Shown: one piece after another, positions 25,016 to 33,808 of the stretch
Layout of the letters: each line of letters begins with the position of its first letter
Numbering within the stretch: the stretch's first letter is position 1
NCBI GenBank assembly: GCA_048128005.1
Contig: JBEUKZ010000098.1
Span: forward strand, 186,001-234,151
Source: Veleropilina oligotropha
Lineage: Eukaryota
DNA length: 48,151 bases
Direction of reading: 5' to 3'
Notes under the pieces: generated by a model
Told to the model about the DNA's origin: nothing
The model's input: the letters and a program-made list of their open reading frames with translations, nothing else
The model's database searches: none
Made by a program: the position numbers and the translations under genes

Positions 25016-25661
25016 AGCCCACCGCACACAGGCAACTCGACCAGCAATTTTAGTGGTAAGTAGCAAAAATCGCTCATGTGTGGCAGCCTGGCAACGAAGA
25101 TTTTTGTCTCTTGCGAACAAAAACAATATCAAGCATGTTTGATATTAAAGACAAAAGTTGCTTTCCAAAAGACAAAAGTTGCTCGTGTGCGTGAAACGAG
25201 CAACTTTTGTCGCTTGTGGCGAGAACATCAACCAATCAGCATGCTCCCTTCAATCATGTGATCAAATGATAACTCCAAAATGATAACTCAAAATGGCGAC
25301 TACAGGAGAATGAAATGTACAAGGAGAATAATCGCCATATAATAATAATATTATTGCTATCCATGTTAGATCCTTTTTACGCAAGTTTATTTTCTGAGCA
25401 CAATCATCCCCGAAAGCTCATCGAATGAAGCATCATTCACATTTAATTCAGTGACATGACTTAGGCCATACACTGGGTCTTCATCACGGAACACTTCACT
25501 AGGTTTTCTTTCACACTGCCGTATTGCGCGACATCGCCATACGCATATTTATAATGAGATACCTTTCTGTCATGGAGCACCTTTTTGTCGCTTGCAACGA
25601 AAGGTGCCCGCTTCAAATTGATCGTCGCAAATGACAAAATGTTGCCTGTGTGCAGCAAATT
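25016..25661. mobile_element. Degenerate MITE (Harbinger-like)
   Basis: Inverted repeat GCACACAGGCAAC (25024-25036) / GTTGCCTGTGTGC (25641-25653) with repeated ACAAAAGTTGC motifs. Outer ends are imperfect. Confidence 0.42.
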
Positions 25662-25992
25662 AACTTAAGAGCGAACGCATTAATCCACTCGGTCACCAGG
25701 AACGTCTTAATTGACATAATTACTTAAACTTTAAGTTCTATTAGATCAGGGCTAAAAATAATTTTTCAAAGTTTGGGTGTATTCTTGTACTAATAATAGA
25801 AATAGAAATTTGCCACCCGACGCTGCAGATTTTTGGTTATTTATTCAAACTCGTAGTTCTTCACGATATATGCTGATGTAAAGACAATAAAATTGGTGAA
25901 TTTTCACCCTTCGTATTCAACATCATGGATGACGAATCTTCAATTAATAGAAAAAATGAGGTTTTAATTTAAACCTAATATTAGTTAAAACA

Positions 25993-26193
25993 TACTTACG
26001 TCCTTACTCTTGCCATAATAGTCATATTATCGCTAACCGGAAACAGTGAATAAAGTCACATTTATGCACTAAATAAGTCAAAAACAACCACGACCACCCT
26101 CCCTGCTTCCCCTCTCTAAGTTCCTCCAGCGAGATCTCGCCAAGTCTCGCGAGACATCCGGGCTATCAAGTCACCAGACATCAATTCAAAGTT
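25993..26193. repeat. 3' ITR of DIRS copy B
   Basis: Exact reverse complement of 33179-33379 by inspection. Confidence 0.96.
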
Positions 26194-26251
26194 CAGAACC
26201 CCAAAGGAACTTAGTAGAGGGGAGGAATGCGAAGCAGGGTGGGTAATCGTG

Positions 26252-26341
26252 GTAAGGACGTAAGTATGTTTTAACTAATATTAGGTTTAAATTAAAACCT
26301 CATATGTAGTTACAAACTTACTTACGTCCTTACTCTTGCCA
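26252..26341. repeat. ICR of DIRS copy B
   Basis: Complementary to both termini, with circle-junction CCTCAT|ATGTAG at 26303/26304. Confidence 0.95.
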
Positions 26342-27174
26342 GAATAACCTTGGATAGGTGGGTAAGAAGTTCCTTACAGTAAACCCAAACAAGATAATGA
26401 CTTACTTTTCACCATGTCAATCAGCTCGAAGCGTCGATTGTGTCCGCCCAGAGTGGAATTTGCTGAGAATTATATTCAACTCTTACCAAGCGAGAATTTC
26501 GACCAGTGTTACCGGGAGAATACGCCGTGGTGTTAGTCGGACGAGGTGAACGGAAGTGCAATCAGCCCCAGGCACGGCCGGAAGGATGAATCCCTGTAGG
26601 TCTTACGTGTCATGGGCCAGTGGCAGCCAAATGGTACTCCTGGCCAAAGGCCGGTAGCCAGAGGATGCAGTCGGATTTGTAAGCACACGGAACCTAATAG
26701 GTTGTGAAAGCGTGAAATCAAAGCAAAGAATTAATAGATTAAATAAATAATCGATATTAATAATTGATTCGCATGACCAACTTGCGAAACGCTAACATGT
26801 ACGACATGTCACTTAAAATAAATTTTTAAGGAAGCCAATATGTACGACATGTTACTTAAAATAAAATTTAAGGAAGCCAATATTAAATTTTTTCAAATGT
26901 CTTGAACATCGTATGTTCTATACAGCATAGAACATCAATAATATTGAACCTCAAATCAAATAAGATTTTGCAATATGATTGTTTATTAATTCAATGTAAT
27001 CTGGCGTGTCAATATACTCAGGTATGACATGAAAGTATCAAGATCTTAAAATGTTTTTAAGAAATGAACAGACATTGAATTGCCTCGTATGTGTTCATTT
27101 CATAGAACAACAAGGCCAACAAATAACAATGCGACAGCAAGAATTATGTAAATTGATCAATCAACAAATAATAC

Positions 27175-30159
27175 TCACTGATTAGACGACCTCGGTCGAA
27201 CAATACAACGTTGAGCAGCCACACACTGTAGGGTGCTCAACCCGTCAGCCCCGGTTGAATAGTCCCGCAGATAATACTTAACAAAGACATTGGCAGTCTT
27301 CCAGTAACCCGCTTGAAGCAACGCTGTAATATTTAAATTATGTCGGAAGGCAATGGACGCAGCGATTGCACGGACCTCGTGCGCGCGCACGGATAAAATA
27401 GTGCGGTCTACTTCTTCACAGCGAGAGTACACATCTCTCACCACCTGTGAAATCCACCGCGAAACAGTAGTCTTTGTAATGTCATGGGTGAAGGAAGGTA
27501 AATACGAAATGAATAAACGCAATTTTCCTTGTCGTAGATCACGGGTTCTGTCGAGGTAGAAGCGCAGGGCCCGTACGGGGCAATTTAACCGGTCTTCATC
27601 ATGCCTTCCGACCAGCGTAAGCTTGGGAATAATAATATCAGGTGCGTCCTCGTTCGGCCGTTGGTTCTTGGCGAGGAAGCCCAGAACAGGACGCAGCATC
27701 ACCGACCCGTCTGACTGGAATCTAATATCACGGAGCTCGGCGGATAAGCTATGAATCTCGGAACAACGCCTGCCCGACGCTAAGGCGATCAGAAAAACTG
27801 TTTTGTGCGTTAAGTTCTTCATAGACACCGTGGACATCGGCTCGTACGGGGGTAAGTGTAGAGCGTTAAGAATTAGAACAATATTCCAGGCAGGTGGCCG
27901 AATGGTTCGGGTCGGCATCTCGAGTTCGTAGGATCGAATAAAATCTGAAATCGTACGGTCGTTAGAGAGGCCAGCATTGGCACGACACTGTTTTAACGTG
28001 GTCGCGATCGTTGCCCGATAGCCTTTGACGGCGGACACTGACATACCGCGGTCGAAGAGCGACGATAAAAACTCGATAAACTTGTTCACAGGGGGACAGA
28101 GTATATTGACCTGCCTGCTGTGACACCAATCCACGTACTTAACCCATCGGTAGTCATAAACTTTTGTCGTGGAAAGCCTTCTCGATCGGTAGATGCGTAG
28201 GGCTGTAGCTTTAGAAAATCCTTTCTTAGCAAGGGATCGTTCGATAACCGCCAGGCGTGTAAACGTAAGTCGTTCGGCGATTCGTGGAGTACACGGGTGC
28301 GCGGCTGCATTAACAGGTCCAGTTTCTGCGGTAGCGCTAACGGTCGATCGACGATCAGATCGAGGAGGGTCGGAAACCAAGGTTGCGTGCGATACAGGGG
28401 CGCTATTAGCGTTATCTCGCAACGTTCGTTCGATGCCTTCTGTAATACCAGTGATAGAATGCACGACGGGGGGAAGGCATACGCTGACAGATTCTCCCAT
28501 GTCATTGACAGTGCGTCGACCGCTAGGGCGGCCGGGTCCGGGTACGGGGAGACATACAGAGGTAGTCGGTAATTGAATTCTGTTGCAAACAGATCGACTT
28601 GGGGTTGCGACCACCGGCGGCAAACATCCCGAGCTACTCGGCTGTGTAGCGTCCACTCTGTGTGTATAATCTGTGATCTCCGAGAGAGCGAATCCGCTCT
28701 GACATTCAGCTTTCCCGGGATGTGTCGGGCTCGAATCGTCGAGTTGAGGGACATCACTAGGCGGTGTAGGTCTATTGCTCGGTCGCAAAGGGGACGCGAG
28801 CGAGTGCCGCCCTGGTGCTGGATGTAAGCGACGACAGTCGTGTTGTCCGTGGCGAGCATTATATGCTTGGAGCGGAGATGTGACGAGAGGGACCGTACTG
28901 ACAGGTAGACGGCTTCTAACTCTAGAAAGTTGATGTGTCGTCCCTGAAGGTCCGTCGGCCATAGGCCTGATGTCTCGTGACTGTCGAGGTGACCACCCCA
29001 GCCGTCGTTCGAAGCGTCTGTGAACAGGTAAGCGTTCGGCTCTGGCGGGGAGATAGGAACCGACTGGTCCGGCAAAGCAGGGTTCAACCACACTGCTGTT
29101 GTGCTGGTAAACCAATGCCGTAGATCGATGCGATCCGTCCACTGTCCCGTCCGTTGTATCCAGCGATCCCTGAACGCCTGCTGCAACGGTCGTTTGTCCA
29201 TGCGACCCGTCGGTAGCAGGGTCGCTACCGACTCGATGTGCCCTAGGACAGTGGCCAGTCGTCGCGCCGTAGTTATGTCCGATGACAGGGTGTCTTGGAT
29301 AACCGCGCGTAGGTTCCGCATACGCTGCTGGGTCGGCTTCGCGGTGTACCGGACCGTATTGAAGTCGACTCCGAGGAACGTAAACGTCGTCGAGGGCACG
29401 AAGCAGGATTTTGTCTCGTTGATCTGAAATCCCAGGCGCTTCGCCGATGACAGGGTAAAGCTCGTAGACTGGAGGCACAGATCCCGGGACGCCCCGAGGA
29501 TCAGCCAGTCGTCGAGGTACATATGTACCCTGTGCCCTAGAGAGTGTAGGAAGGCCCCGAGGGCCTGTACTGTTCTCGTGAAGACGTACGGGGCTGACGA
29601 TAGACCGAACGGTAGGCACCTGAATTGGTAGATCGTCTCCCCGTGTATAAACCGAAGGTACTGATGAGCCGTGACATGCATCGGGACATGCAGATACGCG
29701 TCGGCCAGATCGATAGACGCTGCCCAGTCGCCCGGACGGATGGCCGCTCGAATCTTCGAGAGGGTTTCTTGCTGGAATTTCTCGGTACGAAGATATCGGT
29801 TGAGATATGAGAGATCGAGGATCGGTCTCCAGCAGCCATCTGGTTTCGGGACCAGGAAGAAATGGCTGTAAAATCCTGGTGTGCTGGGCAGCGCGGGATA
29901 TATCGCTCTTTTTAGGAGCAAATCCCGCACTGCCTGGTCTAAGACCGCTTGTTTCTCTCCGTTTAGGAGACGAGCGTGTCTTGGTGGTGGTGCCTCGGTT
30001 AAGGTCGGATGCCGGTTGAATGCCAACTTGTATCCGGCACTCACGACTAAGTGGACCCAGTTGCTGTCTGTCAGCTCTAGCCACGACTGGCTGTGCGCTA
30101 ACAGGCACGCTCCCACCGGCGGAAGCGGGCAACTGAGACCGTCGCGAATGCCGGCAGCC
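27175..30159 (-). CDS. DIRS ORF3: long frame overlapping pol, with C-terminal tyrosine recombinase
   Basis: Open from the codon after the gag TAG to 27175 (the track start at 30132 is TTG). YR motifs: SRRLSTTKVY..W, SGRRCSEI (R), LAKNQ (K), LNCPVRAL, HEVR (HxxR), AGYW, FVKYY (Y). Confidence 0.93.
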   Translation of the reverse strand, partial: GCRHSRRSQLPASAGGSVPVSAQPVVARADRQQLGPLSRECRIQVGIQPASDLNRGTTTKTRSSPKRRETSGLRPGSAGFAPKKSDISRAAQHTRILQPFLPGPETRWLLETDPRSLISQPISSYREIPARNPLEDSSGHPSGRLGSVYRSGRRVSACPDACHGSSVPSVYTRGDDLPIQVPTVRSIVSPVRLHENSTGPRGLPTLSRAQGTYVPRRLADPRGVPGSVPPVYELYPVIGEAPGISDQRDKILLRALDDVYVPRSRLQYGPVHREADPAAYAEPTRGYPRHPVIGHNYGATTGHCPRAHRVGSDPATDGSHGQTTVAAGVQGSLDTTDGTVDGSHRSTALVYQHNSSVVEPCFAGPVGSYLPARAERLPVHRRFERRLGWSPRQSRDIRPMADGPSGTTHQLSRVRSRLPVSTVPLVTSPLQAYNARHGQHDCRRLHPAPGRHSLASPLRPSNRPTPPSDVPQLDDSSPTHPGKAECQSGFALSEITDYTHRVDATQPSSSGCLPPVVATPSRSVCNRIQLPTTSVCLPVPGPGRPSGRRTVNDMGESVSVCLPPVVHSITGITEGIERTLRDNANSAPVSHATLVSDPPRSDRRSTVSATAETGPVNAAAHPCTPRIAERLTFTRLAVIERSLAKKGFSKATALRIYRSRRLSTTKVYDYRWVKYVDWCHSRQVNILCPPVNKFIEFLSSLFDRGMSVSAVKGYRATIATTLKQCRANAGLSNDRTISDFIRSYELEMPTRTIRPPAWNIVLILNALHLPPYEPMSTVSMKNLTHKTVFLIALASGRRCSEIHSLSAELRDIRFQSDGSVMLRPVLGFLAKNQRPNEDAPDIIIPKLTLVGRHDEDRLNCPVRALRFYLDRTRDLRQGKLRLFISYLPSFTHDITKTTVSRWISQVVRDVYSRCEEVDRTILSVRAHEVRAIAASIAFRHNLNITALLQAGYWKTANVFVKYYLRDYSTGADGLSTLQCVAAQRCIVRPRSSNQ

Positions 30160-30368
30160 CTAGGGCCGAGGCTTCCCTCTCCCGCTCTGCTTACGGGATT
30201 TCGCTGGAGGTGCTTGCCTCTTTGGAGTGGGTTTATTGGCCGGAGGCCTACCACCCGAAGAGGGCTTCGCACGCTTAGAAGGCTTCGGGGCCGGGGTGGG
30301 CCCGGAGCGCTTCTTCGAGTTGGCAGGTGGACCCCGGGTGGGGAGCAGTACTGCCTTCTCGATGGCAC
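28086..30368 (-). CDS. DIRS pol: reverse transcriptase, RNase H and Dam-like methyltransferase domain
   Basis: RT motifs FLVPK, WRPILDL, IDLADAYLHV, CLPFGLSSAP and YLDD. RNase H motifs LFTDAS, HINFLELEAV, TDN and ADSLSR. MT motifs VDLFA and AYAFPP. The track start is GTG; the first ATG lies inside RT. Confidence 0.96.
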   Translation of the reverse strand: MPSRRQYCSPPGVHLPTRRSAPGPPRPRSLLSVRSPLRVVGLRPINPLQRGKHLQRNPVSRAGEGSLGPRAAGIRDGLSCPLPPVGACLLAHSQSWLELTDSNWVHLVVSAGYKLAFNRHPTLTEAPPPRHARLLNGEKQAVLDQAVRDLLLKRAIYPALPSTPGFYSHFFLVPKPDGCWRPILDLSYLNRYLRTEKFQQETLSKIRAAIRPGDWAASIDLADAYLHVPMHVTAHQYLRFIHGETIYQFRCLPFGLSSAPYVFTRTVQALGAFLHSLGHRVHMYLDDWLILGASRDLCLQSTSFTLSSAKRLGFQINETKSCFVPSTTFTFLGVDFNTVRYTAKPTQQRMRNLRAVIQDTLSSDITTARRLATVLGHIESVATLLPTGRMDKRPLQQAFRDRWIQRTGQWTDRIDLRHWFTSTTAVWLNPALPDQSVPISPPEPNAYLFTDASNDGWGGHLDSHETSGLWPTDLQGRHINFLELEAVYLSVRSLSSHLRSKHIMLATDNTTVVAYIQHQGGTRSRPLCDRAIDLHRLVMSLNSTIRARHIPGKLNVRADSLSRRSQIIHTEWTLHSRVARDVCRRWSQPQVDLFATEFNYRLPLYVSPYPDPAALAVDALSMTWENLSAYAFPPSCILSLVLQKASNERCEITLIAPLYRTQPWFPTLLDLIVDRPLALPQKLDLLMQPRTRVLHESPNDLRLHAWRLSNDPLLRKDFLKLQPYASTDREGFPRQKFMTTDGLSTWIGVTAGRSIYSVPL

Positions 30369-32429
30369 GGTCCTTCATATCCGCCGCTCTCTTGTCGACG
30401 AACTCCGAAAAGTTGTCGCCAAAGAGAGTGGTGGCCGAGCAAGGCACGCATCGCAACGAGCGCCGGGTGGCCTCGTCTAGCGAGGTGCCTTCCAGGCAAG
30501 CGTCCCTACGAAGTAGGAGCGCATTGCCCAGGACACGTCCCGTCTCCAACGCGCTGGTCTCCTGCGCGGCAGCAACCTCCTGGAGGAAGGACAGGGCAGC
30601 CTCGTGGGCGCCGGGTCCATCCTCCTGTAGTACGGCTATCGCACCGTCCAGGAAAAAATCCTGCACGGACGACAGCCGCAGAGCCCGTCGGGCGGCGCTC
30701 TCGAAGGCTTCCAAGGCGGACCAAGGAACCTTCGCCACGGAGGGAGTGTGACTGGCGGTCAGTCGACGCAACGAAGCGTCTACACGAGCCGGGTCAGTCG
30801 CTAGGCACGGACCAGTACAGACGAACGGGATCGCTCGCGAACTGGCCCACTACGGAACCCCGAAGGGAACTCGTTCAGCGGGGAGGACTCCACCGGATTG
30901 CGCCCCTGAATGAGCTTGGTGATCGAGTCGACGACAAGATCAACCAACCCAGACTGAGGTAAGGAGGGGAGCTCGGGGGCTTCCCTCGCAACAAACCGAT
31001 GTGCTGCCGTCCTGTGCTTGACTACGTCTACAGCCGACCGAGTCGGTTCCGACAAGCCAAGCACCCCGCGAAGTGACGCAACGGCGTCGAGCCTTCGGCG
31101 GGTGGAGGAGGTCGGCTCCTGCGTGCCTGAAAGACTAGCGTCTTCGGGCCCGACCGATTCAGGGAGGTCGGAGTGAAGGGAATCGAGGTCCTCGTCGGAA
31201 CGAGGGTCGATCTCCATCACGGAGGCAGGAGCCGTGCTCTGCGCCAAGGGCAGATGTGTAGGTACCAGGCGCGGCTGGGGAGCCGTCGGCCAGGCCTTAC
31301 ACTGTTCCTCGATCCCCGCCGCGATCCATGCCTGGACGTTCTCCAAAGAGAAACCCTGAGGCAGGACGGGCGTCGAACTAACAGCCTGTAGTTCAGTCGA
31401 GGAAACCGTGGCGCTAGGTAGACGGGCTGCATAGACAGGTGGTACCGAGGACCAGGGTCCAAGGGCACTTGTCGAGGGGTCGAACCCGAAGGACTGGCCC
31501 GAAGGCGCAGTCAGTGGGCCGGACGACCGATAGAACTGCGGCAACAGTTCCGATCGGTCTACCACTCTGCTCGGTCGAGGCACGGTCGGAAAACCGCCGT
31601 AGAACCCCGTCCCGAACGCAGCCGGTCTGTCCCCTGTCTCTAGCGTGACCATCGTGGGTGCACGGGAAAGAAGGGGCCCTCTGAACGTCTCGTGAGCTTC
31701 GAGGTTGAGCAGAAAACCCTTGGGGGTAGTCGCGTCGGTCTCGATCGAGGATTCAGGTGTCGCCGATTGTCCGAGTCTTAGACCTACAAGTAGGTGCCCG
31801 GCCTCTTTAAAGGCTTTCTCTGCATTGAGTCTGTCCCCGTCGCAAGACGGAGAGTTTCCCGCAGAAGGAATAACTGTCCCCTTATTCTTCGAGGCCGAAG
31901 AAAAGGATGGGGATTGTCTGCCCTGTTCAGCTGTTCTCTGCGCTGCCAGATATACCTTGCTAGCCGGCAAGGTATGGTTGGCTGCAGTTACTTGGCCCGT
32001 TTGAGGAGGAACGGTCGGCACTCGGGCCGTTACCTGAATCTGGGGTCCCGGCGAGGTTTCGGTGACTCCCCCAAGAGTCGCGGAGGTTGCGCCGGGTGTC
32101 GTTCCGGCGACAGCTGGCCCCTTAGGTCTGCTGGCGTCCATTAGCGTCCCTGAATCAGAGAAAGAAGAAACGTTATCCCTTACGGAACCCCTAAGGGAAC
32201 TCGTTAACTTACTCGCCTCTTCCTGACCCATCTCAGGGGAAGGACCCACCGTGGCAGTCGCCCTGGTCGACTTACCCTGGTGGGCTAGAACCGCCCACTG
32301 CTTATCTGATAAAAGAAGGCACAGATCACATTGAAGATTAAGACTACAAGTACGGTGAATACGGCATTCCTTGTGCTTATCAAACCCGTGAATTTTCTGG
32401 TTACACCCGGAGCTACTGCACCGGACCAT
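30160..32429 (-). CDS. DIRS gag-like ORF1, interrupted by one 13-bp deletion at ~30848
   Basis: ATG at 32429 (MVRCSSSGC...HKECRIHRTC...CDLC, Cys/His cluster). ORFs 30801..32546 and 30160..30771 become one 760-aa frame when the 13 nt present in copy A (10363-10375) are restored. Confidence 0.87.
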
Positions 32430-33178
32430 AGCTGAATACACGGGAGGGTGGCAGTGGGTGTAAGGGGTAGATAAATAGGTATATATAAGGTAGTGTGACT
32501 TGTTACTACGACAACTCTTTTTAAATTGCCCTGATCTGAAGATCAAAGATCAGACGATATACCGCAAAAAACCCCGAACTGGGAACACCGAGGTCGGGTA
32601 ATTACCCGACGCGACCCGGTAAAACCCGGCAAATTGACTAAAACAAAGGGGGGTTCGTTCTTAGAACAAACCGCCCAGAAAAACACCTGAAAACCTCTTG
32701 GATGTTTTTATGTTAGTACAATGGCGTATTATCCCAGAAACGGCAGGATATCAGAAAAACGCAAGCGTGATATCAAACGATCCTGCCTATTAACGACGCT
32801 AGAAATTTTATACAATAATAACCAGCAATAGCGTCGTTAAGGAATTATCCAATATAATGAGTTACCTGTTTGCAGTCTCAAACAATATCAGATAAGAATA
32901 CCGACCAGAAATTCTTCTAATTACGGATTTCCCCCTCTAGGCGGCCATGCTTTTTCCCTTAGCAACGGCGGCGTCGTCGGTTTCAGTTGATTTTCCAGAA
33001 CTTTGTTTCTTCAAATCATCTATGATCAACACTATTCACATGTGTTTGTATATCCACAACACAGGGTTCCACAACTTATATAAAGTTGTCGTTAATCGCC
33101 CTCGATCTTAACGTAAAAATCGAAGACAAACTCGAAAGATTTGCGGAGCAAAAAACACGTCTTTCCGTTTTCGCGGAA

Positions 33179-33379
33179 AACTTTGAATTGATGTCTGGTG
33201 ACTTGATAGCCCGGATGTCTCGCGAGACTTGGCGAGATCTCGCTGGAGGAACTTAGAGAGGGGAAGCAGGGAGGGTGGTCGTGGTTGTTTTTGACTTATT
33301 TAGTGCATAAATGTGACTTTATTCACTGTTTCCGGTTAGCGATAATATGACTATTATGGCAAGAGTAAGGACGTAAGTA
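33179..33379. repeat. 5' ITR of DIRS copy B
   Basis: Reverse complement of 25993-26193. Confidence 0.96.
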
Positions 33380-33579
33380 AGTTTGTAACTACATATGTAT
33401 AAATGAATACGATGTGCTCACCCAATTAGAACATGGGGTCGTAATCATATGTCCAAATTTGAAAAAGTTTCATATATTTCATAATTTTGTGGGCGTAAAT
33501 ATTCCTGTACACCTCCATCTAGGGTACTGTTTCAAAGTGTTCTGCACTATATAAGCATTCATAAATATCACGCCACTTC

Positions 33580-33808
33580 AACAGTACGTCGACAGTGGTA
33601 TCAGTTGTGGTCTCCGAAAAGCAAAGACTTGATTCAGCTGAAGTGAATAATAGTGGGTTCAAAGCTCGGCAGGGGCAGCACTCATTTGTTCAAATTATGA
33701 ATCACAGGAGAGGGCGGGTTTACCCTGGTGACCGGGCTTTTCTCCCGCGATATATGGACATGTCCTGCTTTGAACCAAATGATGGTTGAAAATATACATT
33801 AAGCATCG
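33580..33808 (+). mobile_element. tRNA-derived SINE copy
   Basis: GTGGGTTCAAAGC B-box-like motif, core GGGCGGGTTT...CTCCCGCGATATATGGACATGTCCTG, and tail TGATGGTTGAAAATATAC...TAAGCATC shared with 3803-4056. Confidence 0.7.

Larger units (their letters stand above)
25956..33397 (-). mobile_element. DIRS1-like tyrosine-recombinase retrotransposon, copy B (near-intact, full length)
   Basis: Identical 201-bp ITRs (25993-26193 / 33179-33379), ICR 26252-26341, and ATG core at both junctions. Carries gag, an intact RT-RNaseH-MT ORF and an intact YR ORF. Confidence 0.98.

Noticed and set aside
26395..26430. Hammerhead-like core on the DIRS sense strand (CTGATTGA-catggt-GAAA)
   Set aside because: I found no partner strands for stems I and III and no correctly placed UH site. 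The CTGATTG lies in an alternative hairpin.
26530..26575. HDV/CPEB3-like ribozyme (CGTTCACCTCG on the minus strand)
   Set aside because: The loop resemblance is not backed by P1/P2 pairings.
29101..32144. Plus-strand ORFs antisense to the DIRS genes (also 9393-10990)
   Set aside because: They are GC-rich shadows of the minus-strand ORFs with no recognisable domains and differing boundaries between copies.
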